Positions 21,193 through 33,400 of a stretch of DNA of 64,000 nt are shown one piece after another. Under the pieces are notes generated by a model. That model did not search any database. It saw only the letters and a program-made list of their open reading frames with translations, and had not been told where the DNA came from. A program made the translations under genes and the position numbers. Position 1 is the stretch's first letter; each line of letters begins with the position of its first letter. The stretch comes from TPA_inf: Saccharomyces (Eukaryota). The DNA lies in contig BK006945.2 in NCBI GenBank assembly GCA_000146045.2, positions 928,001 through 992,000 of the forward strand, read 5' to 3'.

Positions 21193-23155
21193 CATATCAT
21201 TCACTACATAGTACTTTATAACTAAACTGTAACCTTTCAGGGCATCGTAACCTGACGCTTTACCATCAATAACGACACGAGACCGCTTTATCTATGATAC
21301 TGGAACAATCAACATGATTGTTATAAATGTACTCGACAGGATCATGAAAGGATACCAACTTAGTTGCCGGTTCATTGAAATGGAAAGCTCAAGAACGTAT
21401 ACTGAAAGAGAGCGACGTCTACTTTGCCCACAAAAATCTACTCTCTGAATTGAATAGTATTTAGAGATTGCATAATTCAAGCCCTCCTCGAGGAAAGGAT
21501 ATAAATGAAAATACCGTTTTTCCTGCTGATGGTTATCGTCCCTGTCAAGGATACTTCTCGGACTCGAACAACGTTACAGCTCAACTTAAAGAAGGCTAAA
21601 TACGACAAGGGCGCTTGCCCTAAGAGGAACTGTTTCTAAGTTCTAACGAGTGCCTGCGAAGATCGGTTTTTTTTAACTTCGCGGGCGAATTGATAAATAA
21701 AGTTCTTCTTGCAATTTTTTAAGATCAAGGTTGGGGCAAAAAGGACGCAAACGAATGGTTGGGTTAAGAAAGTGGAAAGACCCAAACCTGAAGTTCATTT
21801 AGTTCTTGGCGGAATGAATCATTCGAACGGCGCAATACGCTCGTCAAAGAAGGAGGTATGATTTATGACGGTTTGTGGGTAGCCCTCTAAACACGTGGAG
21901 AGTAACCTTTTCTGTTTAGCGATCCTAGAACTGCGAACAATGGTAGCTATTCGCTTACTCAACAATATTGTTCTTGATTAATGCATTCAAATATGTAACT
22001 TCGTCCCTCATATAAGCGTCTGACGCGTCGTGAAAATTTACCCTCTCAAGAAAATACAAGAGATTACGTAAAATTAGAAACCAAAAGATATGAGTGGAAC
22101 AGACACATATCACCCATATTTCCTTTTCACGTAAGAAAACTTAAGTACTAGTGCGGTGCCTGCGTTAGTGCTTGTCTTTAGGTCAAACAGGTCATCTTGA
22201 CCAACTTAGCTTATAATAAGAATGATAATCGATTACTCTAAATAGCATTCTTTCATTTGCGGCATCTTATAACCCACACACCGCATTTAGGACCCGTTTT
22301 TTTTCTTTTTTTTTTTGTTGAAAAAATTCAACAGTTCCTATTTTTTTCTTTTCATTCTTTTTTTTTGCCTTGCCTTCGTTTCGAGAATTCTTTTTCTTTT
22401 TCTTTAGGTAAGGGACCTTCTCAGCTGAGGCACGGTGGGGTTTGTAATAGTGTCCATTCTGGCACAAATGCATAAGTGATGCTAAAATAGTGATACGTCT
22501 AAACAAAACGGTTTGGATGCCTAGCAAATAGTAAAAAGACTTGAATATATCACTTTTATCACTATGTAAAAAAACTGAGTTATATTATTAAGTTTTTTTT
22601 GAAATGTTCCCGTTTGACGTGTATTTAGTACAGTATGTTCCGTGGATACTGTTTAGGTGCATTTAAGCGCTCCAGAACTCTCCTTTAAATTCCTGCAGCA
22701 CTCCGTCAGTTGCTTCGTAAATCCGCCTGGATACCGCCTTGAAGATTAAAGTTCCCCTCAGTACTCGTTTAGCTTGAATCCACCGCATTATGGCCTGGTA
22801 AATTCCCTAGTTGCTTTTTTCTATACGGCGTCGTCCCTGGAAAAAAAAAACTTGCCTACAGATCTTAGTAGACAAATTTAACTACGTCAATCTATTGTTC
22901 TGCTTAAAAAAAAAGTTGAAATTGTTAAATCCTCAACAAACTTATCGCTTTTCAAGCTGCTGCAATCATAGATCTTACACTTCTACACAGAATTTTTTTT
23001 TCCTGTAAAAAGAACGACAAAATATATAAACCTTTGACAATCTAGCTGCATTTACTCACATTAAGCCTTGAGATTTTCATTTACTTCATAATAGCTTGTA
23101 GATGCGATGCTGATACAGTAAAATAAAAATTCAGTAATACAGTCAAATTATTGCG

Positions 23156-25183
23156 ATGAATTTTAAAATACTCCTCCCGATTTGTGCTTTATTGACACTT
23201 ACAACATTTCTGTTGACCATTATTGCAACTGCGGGTTCTACCTCAAATTATAAGCCAATAACGAACATTTATATCGGTGATGCTGATATATCAAAAATCA
23301 ACGTTACAAAAGTTATGCCACAAGTTGGCCCAATTTTGACTGTGTTAGGTTCTGCTCTAACCGCTCCAAATACAACGGTGGATACCATCTTCGGCGCTCT
23401 TAAGGCAATCGCTTCTACCGAAGCCTTGTCTCCTTTACTGCACTTGTTGTCTAATGCTGCTAACACTTCAGCCACATTATCATCTTTGACACAGTTGGCT
23501 CCAATGGCTTTGCTAGGAACCAATACCGCTACTACCACGACCTTCTCCGCTCTTGATGAGTTATTGACTACCTCTAAAAACACAACCGAACTCTTGGATG
23601 GGTTTAGCACATTGATGTCATCTATGTCAACCAACACTTCTTCTACTTCGGCTTCCTTAGAAAATACTGTTCTAACCCTATTAGTGGATTCGACCAATCC
23701 TATAGGCACTACTGAGTCTTTGATCACTTTAAATAATATGACCACAGAAGAAAAGACAAAATTGTCGCCTGTATTCGAGTTATTCGCAAGTTCCAAGAAC
23801 ATTACTGCCACATGCGATGCGTTAGAAACCATAATGAACTCTACCATTCCAACTTCAACGGTCTCCTCATTGTTTTCTAGTCTAAAAACCAGTCTTGCGG
23901 AAGGTGGCAATGCTACTGAAACTATTATGCAATTAGGCTCCCTCGTTCCTTCGAGTTTAAAACCAGCTGTCCAAGCTGTTGTTACTCTGTTTGATGAAAC
24001 TACATCTCAAAATGTAACATTATCCGTATTGAGCACTATGATTGCCGAAAACATTACCCAATCATCTTCCGCTAAAGCTGCCATGGGTGCTTTGACTGAC
24101 TTGTTGAATTACACTACAAACCAAACAGAGCTGCTAACATCTGTCGAAAGTTTGGCCCTCTCTAAAGAAGCCGCTTCCTCTACTAACCAATTGGTGGCAC
24201 TTGATGAAATCCTTTCTGCAAGTGCTAACGCATCCACAGTTGTTTCCATAATCCCTACTTTGGAATCCCAATTGGCCAATAACACCGTATTACTTAAGTA
24301 CGTTCCATACTTGTTCAGCCTATTAGCTGCGTCAAGCGACCCCGTGTCAAGTTTCTCTTCTCTGGTTAATATCACCAAATGGGCAGAAACTAATGCCGCT
24401 ACATTTATGCCCATGTTGAAAATTTTAAACTCTGCTGTAAACATGACAACTATCACACCAGAACAACTCAAGGAAATGACTCCTTCTATCCTTGAATATC
24501 TACACATCCCTGTCATATACCGTTTGTCCATTTTCACAATGTGTCGTGCTCACTTAAACAGAACAATGTACTCGTGTAGCAAGTCACACGCTGTTCAAAA
24601 CATGGATTTCCGGTCGATTGTTTACAACAACATTGAAGGCTCGGACTTTAAACCTTATATGGATGCCCTGAACATCGGTAAGGACGATTTGCATTTAGAT
24701 GGTGAATTACAAGACAGACAACACATGTATGTCCCAGCAGTGAAAGCAGCTTTAGCTATGAACTTAATGTGCATAATCACATCCTTCTTCTTAATGGTAT
24801 TCTTGTTGCTACTAAGTAGACGTTCCGTGGTGAGTCAAAAATTATGGTTGGCATTGGGCTTTATTTCCTGTTGGATATGTATTTTCAGCGGGTTGGGAAG
24901 CACAATCTTTAGCGTCATCCTTAATATGATGAAATCCGGCTCCAAGAAGGACAATTACGATGTCATTATTTCTGGCTCTTCTCCATTTTATGGCCTAATG
25001 TGGTCTGGATTTGTATTTGCCGTCCTTGTATTTCTCTGCATTGCATACTGCTGGTGGAGCAGCAGAAAGGGAGCTGCCATCGTGGAAGCTGAGAAAGCTG
25101 TTCAAGAAAGTGACTCTACTACCTCAAGAATCATTGAAGAACACGAAAGCCCCATTGATGCTGAAAAAAACTTTGCAAGGTAA
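23156..25183 (+). CDS. INA1: Plasma-membrane SUR7/Pun1-family protein with a large Ser/Thr/Ala/Leu-rich extracellular insert (YLR413W), 675 aa
   Basis: Signal/TM N-terminus. The N-terminal about 45 aa and the C-terminal 3-TM region are clearly homologous to the adjacent PUN1. Size matches YLR413W. Confidence 0.8.
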
Positions 25184-25352
25184 AATAATAAAAAGAAGAT
25201 CATGCAACATCACCCCGTAAATTTTTTCAATTCTCCATCCTTTTAATTTTCTTCATTATAATTTTCTGAATTGTATATAGACAATATATTTTAATCATAT
25301 TTAATATGAAACGGAACACAAAAATTAATTAATAACCTTGCCTTTTTCAAAT

Positions 25353-26144
25353 TCAAATCAATGGTTTTTCCTCAATTGGAGCGTTCGCATAGATGACGGT
25401 GGGCCTCGATCTCACGCTACACCATAGAATGAAATTCAGTAATGCTCCAACGACAGCCCCCCACATCAAACCCTGGTAGTTCCTACCAATGCTCATTGAA
25501 ATACCGTAATCACTATAGTTATGCTTTAGGATGTATTTGATGTATGAGTAAGTGCCCAAACACGAACCTATACTGACTAATAGGGCGGCAAAGGCGAAAA
25601 ATGAAAAAAAGGCACCAAACCACGTTAGCGGCCTTATGTGGATGATCCAGCGCAATACGTTGAACACTAGATTCACAAAGGTCAAGACAATACCAATAAG
25701 AATGGTAATGAACATACACTTGACCAAATTGTTGTAGTATGTCATTTTACTTTTTAGTTTTTCGGGCAAAACAACACTGGCCACGGAATCCATAAGCTCC
25801 AGAGCCTCATTGTTGTTGATATTGTCATACACTAATGACGATAGGTTAAAATTCTGGATACCGTGAGGCGAAGAACATGATTGGATGTTATGCGAGGAGT
25901 CCACTGTACAGTACGACCAAAGCCCTATATTTATATATGAGGGCAGGCCCAACGAAGATAGCGTAGCAGAACTCAAAGAAGGGAGCACCGTCGATACCTT
26001 CATCTGCGACAGATCCAATTCTGCACAGTAAATTTTATTTATGGGACTGTAATTTTTCGTTGATCCTGCGCATGCAACAATGGCTAATATAAGTGCTCCT
26101 AGCGAAAATATAGCTGCAAAAAATAACGTGAAAAAATTCCTCAT
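25353..26144 (-). CDS. PUN1: Plasma-membrane SUR7-family protein Pun1 (YLR414C), 263 aa
   Basis: 263-aa four-TM protein with the conserved GLMWG C-terminal motif. Convergent with INA1. Confidence 0.8.
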   Translation of the reverse strand: MRNFFTLFFAAIFSLGALILAIVACAGSTKNYSPINKIYCAELDLSQMKVSTVLPSLSSATLSSLGLPSYINIGLWSYCTVDSSHNIQSCSSPHGIQNFNLSSLVYDNINNNEALELMDSVASVVLPEKLKSKMTYYNNLVKCMFITILIGIVLTFVNLVFNVLRWIIHIRPLTWFGAFFSFFAFAALLVSIGSCLGTYSYIKYILKHNYSDYGISMSIGRNYQGLMWGAVVGALLNFILWCSVRSRPTVIYANAPIEEKPLI

Positions 26145-27009
26145 GCTTATAGCGTCCTTCGATGATGTGTTTGTTTTTTTCTTAATAGTTCTCTATTGCT
26201 TTAATCAAGTTTCACTACTGCGCAGCGTTGTATGATCTTGATCTAGTTTCTTTTAGTTCTACTTCCAAACAACTGGTCCAGAATGAAACACCACTGGACA
26301 CTCATTGACTACTGAGACATGGAAGAGCAACATTCTCGCGTATATATACTTCTCAGCCAATTTTCCTGCGAGAAGCGCTAAAAATACCGAGCTGGGCTTG
26401 GCTGATAGTACGCCCGATTTGGAAATAACGCTCGAGGCGTGCTGCGTCCTTTTTTGCCTGGCCAGGCCAGGCCGGGTTGTCCCGCACCATTCAACGGCGG
26501 CTATCTGGCGATGTTGAAAGAGGGGGGGAGTGGAGAGGGCTCTGAGGGTCAAGTGGGAGGCTGTGACAGTTCTCATAAGCTGGGCACTGAGATACATGGA
26601 AAGAAATAGGCTGTTCACAGTGTACGTCAATGTGTGGCTGACTAACCGTTAGCGGGGCGGAACCGACATGTCTGGTGCAGTGTATGTAAGAAAAAAAGAA
26701 TGACAATGCATGGCCAAACTTTTGATCTGTGACGTTCGCAAAACGCACTACTTTGCTTTCTGTATGCAATGGGAATGAGGCGTAGCGACATATTAAGAAG
26801 CCTTTTCCATGTGAGGAAGCTTCGCCTTGTTTTCCAGACGCGCTTTTTTTAGGATCAACGAAGAGGAAAAAGGGTTTCACATGTTTCATCTGGAAAAGAT
26901 GGAGACTGAAAAACAAAAAAGCAGAGAAAAGGTCATCCAAGATAGAATAGGGGACCTCGGCTAGGAATCAGGAAGTGTGTTTTGAAAGTCATTCTTTTTT
27001 TTTCAAAAG

Positions 27010-28710
27010 ATGGAGTACTGGCATTATGTGGAAACTACGTCATCGGGCCAACCTCTTCTTCGAGAAGGTGAAAAAGATATCTTTATCGATCAGTCCGTAG
27101 GTCTTTACCATGGCAAATCTAAGATTCTACAGCGACAGAGGGGCAGAATCTTTTTAACGTCACAAAGAATTATCTACATCGACGATGCAAAGCCCACTCA
27201 GAACTCGCTTGGGTTGGAATTGGACGATCTAGCGTATGTAAACTATTCATCTGGCTTCTTGACCAGATCACCTCGTCTGATCCTGTTTTTCAAGGACCCC
27301 TCCAGTAAGGATGAACTTGGTAAAAGTGCGGAAACAGCAAGTGCCGACGTTGTTTCGACGTGGGTCTGCCCCATCTGTATGGTTTCGAACGAAACGCAGG
27401 GGGAATTCACTAAAGACACTCTACCTACACCCATTTGTATCAATTGCGGTGTGCCAGCGGACTATGAGCTCACCAAGTCGTCTATAAATTGTTCTAATGC
27501 AATCGACCCGAACGCCAACCCACAGAATCAGTTCGGAGTGAACTCTGAGAACATTTGCCCCGCCTGTACTTTTGCTAATCATCCTCAAATAGGAAATTGC
27601 GAGATTTGCGGCCACAGATTGCCTAATGCATCCAAAGTACGATCAAAGCTGAACAGGCTAAACTTTCATGATTCTAGGGTCCATATTGAGCTAGAAAAAA
27701 ATTCACTGGCTAGAAACAAGAGCTCGCACTCGGCATTATCGTCCTCGTCCTCGACAGGATCATCGACAGAATTCGTGCAATTGAGTTTCCGCAAATCTGA
27801 TGGCGTATTGTTTTCACAAGCTACAGAGAGGGCTTTGGAGAATATACTCACTGAAAAGAATAAGCATATTTTCAATCAGAATGTGGTTTCTGTAAATGGT
27901 GTAGACATGAGGAAAGGGGCTAGTTCTCACGAATACAACAATGAGGTGCCATTTATTGAGACTAAATTGAGCAGAATTGGCATATCAAGCTTGGAAAAAT
28001 CTAGAGAAAACCAGCTTTTGAACAATGACATTCTCTTTAACAATGCGTTGACCGACCTAAACAAGCTAATGTCGCTGGCTACCAGCATCGAAAGACTATA
28101 CAAAAATAGCAACATAACGATGAAAACCAAGACATTGAACTTACAGGATGAATCAACCGTGAATGAACCGAAAACGAGAAGACCGCTATTGATACTTGAT
28201 AGAGAGAAGTTCCTAAATAAAGAGCTGTTCTTGGATGAGATTGCGAGAGAAATTTACGAGTTCACGTTGTCCGAGTTTAAAGATTTGAACAGTGATACCA
28301 ACTATATGATCATAACTCTGGTAGATCTATATGCAATGTACAACAAATCTATGCGTATAGGTACAGGCCTGATATCTCCCATGGAAATGAGAGAAGCATG
28401 CGAAAGATTCGAGCATTTAGGTCTAAATGAATTGAAGTTAGTGAAAGTTAACAAAAGAATATTATGTGTAACGAGCGAAAAATTCGACGTTGTAAAAGAA
28501 AAGCTAGTAGATCTGATCGGTGATAATCCTGGTTCTGATCTCCTAAGATTGACACAGATTTTGAGTTCCAATAATTCAAAATCAAACTGGACGCTAGGTA
28601 TCCTTATGGAGGTATTACAAAATTGTGTCGATGAAGGCGATTTACTGATAGACAAGCAACTGAGTGGGATTTACTACTATAAAAACTCTTATTGGCCCTC
28701 GCATATATAA
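27010..28710 (+). CDS. VPS36: ESCRT-II subunit Vps36 (YLR417W), 566 aa
   Basis: GLUE domain N-terminus with two inserted NZF zinc fingers (WVCPICMVSNE..., ICPACTFANH...CEICGH) and winged-helix C-terminal domains. Confidence 0.85.
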   Translation: MEYWHYVETTSSGQPLLREGEKDIFIDQSVGLYHGKSKILQRQRGRIFLTSQRIIYIDDAKPTQNSLGLELDDLAYVNYSSGFLTRSPRLILFFKDPSSKDELGKSAETASADVVSTWVCPICMVSNETQGEFTKDTLPTPICINCGVPADYELTKSSINCSNAIDPNANPQNQFGVNSENICPACTFANHPQIGNCEICGHRLPNASKVRSKLNRLNFHDSRVHIELEKNSLARNKSSHSALSSSSSTGSSTEFVQLSFRKSDGVLFSQATERALENILTEKNKHIFNQNVVSVNGVDMRKGASSHEYNNEVPFIETKLSRIGISSLEKSRENQLLNNDILFNNALTDLNKLMSLATSIERLYKNSNITMKTKTLNLQDESTVNEPKTRRPLLILDREKFLNKELFLDEIAREIYEFTLSEFKDLNSDTNYMIITLVDLYAMYNKSMRIGTGLISPMEMREACERFEHLGLNELKLVKVNKRILCVTSEKFDVVKEKLVDLIGDNPGSDLLRLTQILSSNNSKSNWTLGILMEVLQNCVDEGDLLIDKQLSGIYYYKNSYWPSHI

Positions 28711-28913
28711 GTAATAAATGCATGGTTTGATTACCTGCTCGTAATACTACATTCTCCCAAATAAATAGTTTACATATAAACGCGCGGCTAAACTTCACTT
28801 CGTTACTTGAAATGCCAATAATAACACATAACATAGAGTACAAAATCGGAATAGAAACGCCGACTGAAGAAACACTTTCAATGGCCGAAATACCATTCTT
28901 CCGTTTATCGTAT

Positions 28914-30095
28914 TCAACGGTATCCTCTTGAAATAAGTTCCTTTTCTAAACTATGCCAGAAATAACGCACGACTTCCACATCCTTAAATCTTTTATTTTT
29001 GTCAAGTTCGACCTTTTCTACATTCCATTGCTGCACGTGTTGTGGTACAGAATCACCGGCAAAGTGGAAATAGTAGCCTTTGCAGCGTTGAAATAATTCC
29101 TGTGGCGAATTCCACTGATAGTTATTAAACTGCCACGTATGACCAGTAGTGAAGATAGCGACAACTCTGTCCCAATATTCTGGCTTAGTAAACATCCTAG
29201 TGTTATCGACTATAATAAATCTAATTGGTCTTGATATACGTTCGAAGTTTTTCTCTATGTTAACTAATCCGTTTGGCACTGACGGTAAGTTACGAGGATT
29301 CACGTATTTTGACTCCAGCAGGAACTGTTTTATATTTGCAACAGTTAAAATTGATGACGCAGCCGAAGGAATCAAAATAATTGGATCTTTGCGAGGGCCA
29401 CCTGATGAACCATTTGTTTTGGAAATACGACCGTGCGCGCCCTTATGACCGGGAGGCAATTTAGATCCTCGTAAAGATCCTTTGATCGACTGTACTAATT
29501 TTAGTTCTGCATCTTTTATTAGATAACCAAAGTTGATCGGCTTAGCACCACGCAATGCAGAGTTGTGGTCCACCAATATACGTTCATGTTTCATTGTTTC
29601 CACCACAACTGGATCGGAAACTTCACTATCATTTTCAAGAGATGCTGAAGTGGTTGATTTTACAGTCGACAATTCACCAGCCAAAGTTTTATTTTCTATA
29701 TCTACTTTATCGGATGTCTCGCCTTTCTGACCGGGTGCTTTCAGATATTGGGATGATTCCGTATTGCCAGACAACCAATTTATTAAATCAGTTCTTTGTA
29801 AAAATGAAACATTAGTCAATTGTTTATTCTGACAGTCTGCTAGATAGTCTGCGGCACTTGAGTCCTTATTCATCCAACAATGAACAATTATTCGTAACTG
29901 TACCAATGAACCATCAATCTCAATTTCCGTTTCTTCATTCAATGGAAAACTATCTTGGGTACTACCATCACTGGATAGAGTTTCTACCATGGTTGCTTTC
30001 GTAATATCATCAGTAGACTGTCCCTCATTATTTTTTAGAACCAGTTTATCGCCGTTCTTTAAGTGTTCTCTCAGTCTGTCTAATGAGTTCGCCAT
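28914..30095 (-). CDS. CDC73: Paf1 complex subunit Cdc73 (YLR418C), 393 aa
   Basis: 393-aa ORF with a Cdc73 C-terminal Ras-like domain. Size and synteny match. Confidence 0.8.
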   Translation of the reverse strand: MANSLDRLREHLKNGDKLVLKNNEGQSTDDITKATMVETLSSDGSTQDSFPLNEETEIEIDGSLVQLRIIVHCWMNKDSSAADYLADCQNKQLTNVSFLQRTDLINWLSGNTESSQYLKAPGQKGETSDKVDIENKTLAGELSTVKSTTSASLENDSEVSDPVVVETMKHERILVDHNSALRGAKPINFGYLIKDAELKLVQSIKGSLRGSKLPPGHKGAHGRISKTNGSSGGPRKDPIILIPSAASSILTVANIKQFLLESKYVNPRNLPSVPNGLVNIEKNFERISRPIRFIIVDNTRMFTKPEYWDRVVAIFTTGHTWQFNNYQWNSPQELFQRCKGYYFHFAGDSVPQHVQQWNVEKVELDKNKRFKDVEVVRYFWHSLEKELISRGYR

Positions 30096-30427
30096 AATTT
30101 TTTCACCAGTTTCTTGCTCAAATTATTATTCTTTTAACGCCCCGAATTAAGAAACAGCCTGTTTTGGAAACGCAATTTGAAAAAGGGTGGAATATTCGTT
30201 GAAGTACTTGTTTTAAACCTGTCCAATCGAAATTTTCATCCTTATGCTTTGAGAACAATATTGCGTTGCCGGTTAACCGTCTCGGTGTTCGATGAGTTGA
30301 AAAATTATACACTAAAAAGATACATACTATTCAAAGTTGTAAAAGAGACTCTTAGCTAAGGGAAGTATTAACAATAATCATTCACTTTATACTTTACATC
30401 GCAATTGCTTTCATTAATTTTTGATAA

Positions 30428-33400
30428 ATGGCCAAAAAAACGAAAAATAACTCAAAAAGTTCAACTCCAGTGAATGATGTACCAACAACTGCTGGCAAAA
30501 AGAAAGCAAAAGGAAAAAAGGGACAAGAACCAGAGCCAGAAGATGACAAAAGGGCCAAGCAACAAAGTAATAGAGCAAAAGTGACATCCACAGCAAGCTG
30601 GACAGGTAAATTGCCTCATACAATCTTACACGAAACATGTCAGAAACGAAAATGGAATAAGGTAGAGTATGATATGAAGAAAATCGGTGATAAAGGTTTC
30701 ATTGCAATTGCAGTTTTGTCATTCACTGACCCAAAGACAAAAGAAACATTGACTGCAAGAATGAACGATCCAACCTATGACAAAGCTTCAGGAAAAGGCC
30801 TTGTAATTCCTCAAGAAACTCCAATTGAAGCTAGACACATGGCCTCCACTATTGCGCTATATCGCATTGCATACAACACCAACCTGCACATGATGCTTCC
30901 GCCAAACCATAGAAAAACATGGTATGCCCTCGACGATTTTCGAAAAGATAACCTGAAAACAGACGAAAAGCGTATAAACAAACTATTTGATCTTGATCCC
31001 TTCAAGACAATGGTGGAAGACAGAAAGCTCAAAGCCCAACGTGAAAAAGAACAAGTGGCCCAGAATAATCAAGCACAGAAAGAACAAGTTGCACGAACCA
31101 TTTTATCTAGCCATGGTGGAATTTCTTCTTCTGGAAAGGACAGGCAAGAGAGAAAAGTAGCATCTCATAAAAACTCACATAATCCTTCATTAGTGCGGTT
31201 TCCAAAAAAGGTTTGGGAAAATTCTATATTTGTTGACCTTGATGAATCGTCTAGACAACTGATAGAAACTTCATTGAAAGAGAAAATTGATTGGCAAGCT
31301 AAAAAAATTAGCCATAAAAATGAGACAATTGCTGAAAATCGGGAAGATCTCAAGGCAAAATTATTAACTCTACAATTTAGACCAAAACACGTAGAGGAAG
31401 CCATGCTTTATAAAGATCCATTGTCTTTCTTATTGTTTAACTTACCGGAAGATGATTTACCACCATTTTTTCATAAAAAGAAAGGTGATACAAAAAACAA
31501 GGTTGAAATAACAAACCTACCGTTATCAACTAGAATGATCGTTGAGCGTTTAACAGAAATTGGTGTCTCTTCAGATGAAGCCTTATTGGCTTTACAACAA
31601 AACGATATGAATGAAAATGAAGCGGCCGGGTTCTTGACGAGGGAAATTTTACCAACTTTAAATAGCAATACGAATGAACCTGTATCAGAAACTGAATCTA
31701 TAGAATGTTGGAACCAAGAGCTAGAGAGCCTAGAGAGCATTTATGAGGGCTGCGTGATGGACGCCAAGGAAGATTCACACTACACGCTCAATTTAATTGA
31801 AAAACTCAAAATAAAATTGAAAGTATATAGAACCAAAAATTATCCTGCATCATTACCTGGTATTGTAGTTTCAACCTTTGATAAAAATTACAAGCTACCT
31901 GATTATATTAAGAAACAAATATTAACCAGGTTACTGCATTATCTCCAGGAAGGAAATCTAATAGGCGATATGTTAGTATATCATATTTATGAATGGTTGA
32001 AAGAGAATATATCTAAGATAATTGACAACCCTGGCCCATTAATTCCAGATTCAGATTCGAAAGGTGCAATAAACAAAAGAAACATTTCAAACGGTAAGAG
32101 AAGTATAAATAATTCTAGTTCGAGAAAATTCACAAAAACCACCATTTCTGAAGACACGCTCTCTGTCCTAAGGGAAGAGTACACAAAAAGGATCAAAAGT
32201 TCTGAATACAAAAGTATGCAGTTAGTTAGAGAACAACTGCCTGCCTGGAAGAAGCAAAAGGTTATTATAGATATCATCAATAAAAACGAAGTTGTATTGA
32301 TTACTGGTGAAACAGGTTCGGGTAAATCCACTCAGGTCGTTCAGTTTATACTAGATTTCTTACAGAAGGAAAAAGGAGATTTCGGTAAGACTAAAATCGT
32401 ATGTACGCAACCCAGAAGAATCTCGGCTATTGGGCTTGCTGAACGTGTTTCTGATGAACGCTGTGTAACTTGTGGGGAAGAGGTAGGTTACGTAATAAGA
32501 GGTGTCAATAAAACCAAAGCTTCCACACGTATCAAGTTCATGACCACAGGTGTTCTTGTTAGGTTGTTACAGAATGCTAGAACTATGTTAGAAAACACAA
32601 TTGTTGTTATTGATGAAGTTCATGAACGTTCTATTGATACTGACTTGATAGTGACATTGATGAAAAATCTCTTACATAGAGTTCGCGGCATGAAAATTGT
32701 TTTAATGAGTGCTACTGTTAACGTTGACTTGTTCAAAAAATTCTTTCCGGGGCTAGCAACATGTCACATAGAAGGACGCACTTTCCCCATCACTGATTAC
32801 TTCTTGGAAGACATTCTTAGTGACCTTGACTTCAAGATCAAGAGAGAGAAGGCTTTGTCTTATGATGATGATAGCGTTGATGAAAGAAATAATGACGACC
32901 AATATTTGAAGCCGAGAGCAGATTCTAAGTTTTTTACATCTGGGCAAATCAATTATGATTTGCTTTGTCAAGTGGTTGAATATGTACATAAACGCCTGAA
33001 AGCTGCTAATGACAACGGATCTATTATCGTTTTTTTGCCTGGTGTGGGAGAGATTAATAAGTGCTGCAATTTGCTAGCTAATAAATCAAATGAAGCAGAT
33101 TTTATGGTTCTACCCTTGCACTCCGCTCTAACTCCTGAAGACCAAAAAAGGGTGTTCAAAAAATATCATGGGAAAAGGAAAGTTGTTGTATCCACAAATA
33201 TTGCTGAAACATCTATTACTATAGATGACTGTGTTGCAACTATTGACACAGGCCGTGCCAAATCGATGTTCTATAATCCAAAGGATAATACTACAAAACT
33301 AATTGAGTCGTTTATTTCAAAAGCTGAAGTTAAACAACGTAGAGGTCGTGCTGGTAGAGTACGTGAAGGTTTATCTTACAAATTATTTTCTAAAAATTTA

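Noticed and set aside
22267-22527. 86-aa Lys-rich ORF (minus) and 72-aa ORF (plus)
   Set aside because: It is a translation of a long poly(dA:dT) tract, with no complexity.
23269-23910. 213-aa minus-strand ORF inside INA1
   Set aside because: It is antisense to the Ser/Thr/Ala-rich low-complexity part of INA1. Such codon-biased repeats routinely leave the opposite strand open.
26259-26940. Two overlapping minus-strand ORFs of 123 and 149 aa (YLR415C/YLR416C-like)
   Set aside because: They fall in the GC-rich PUN1/VPS36 promoter. They show no domains and overlap each other. They are most likely dubious ORFs created by GC content.
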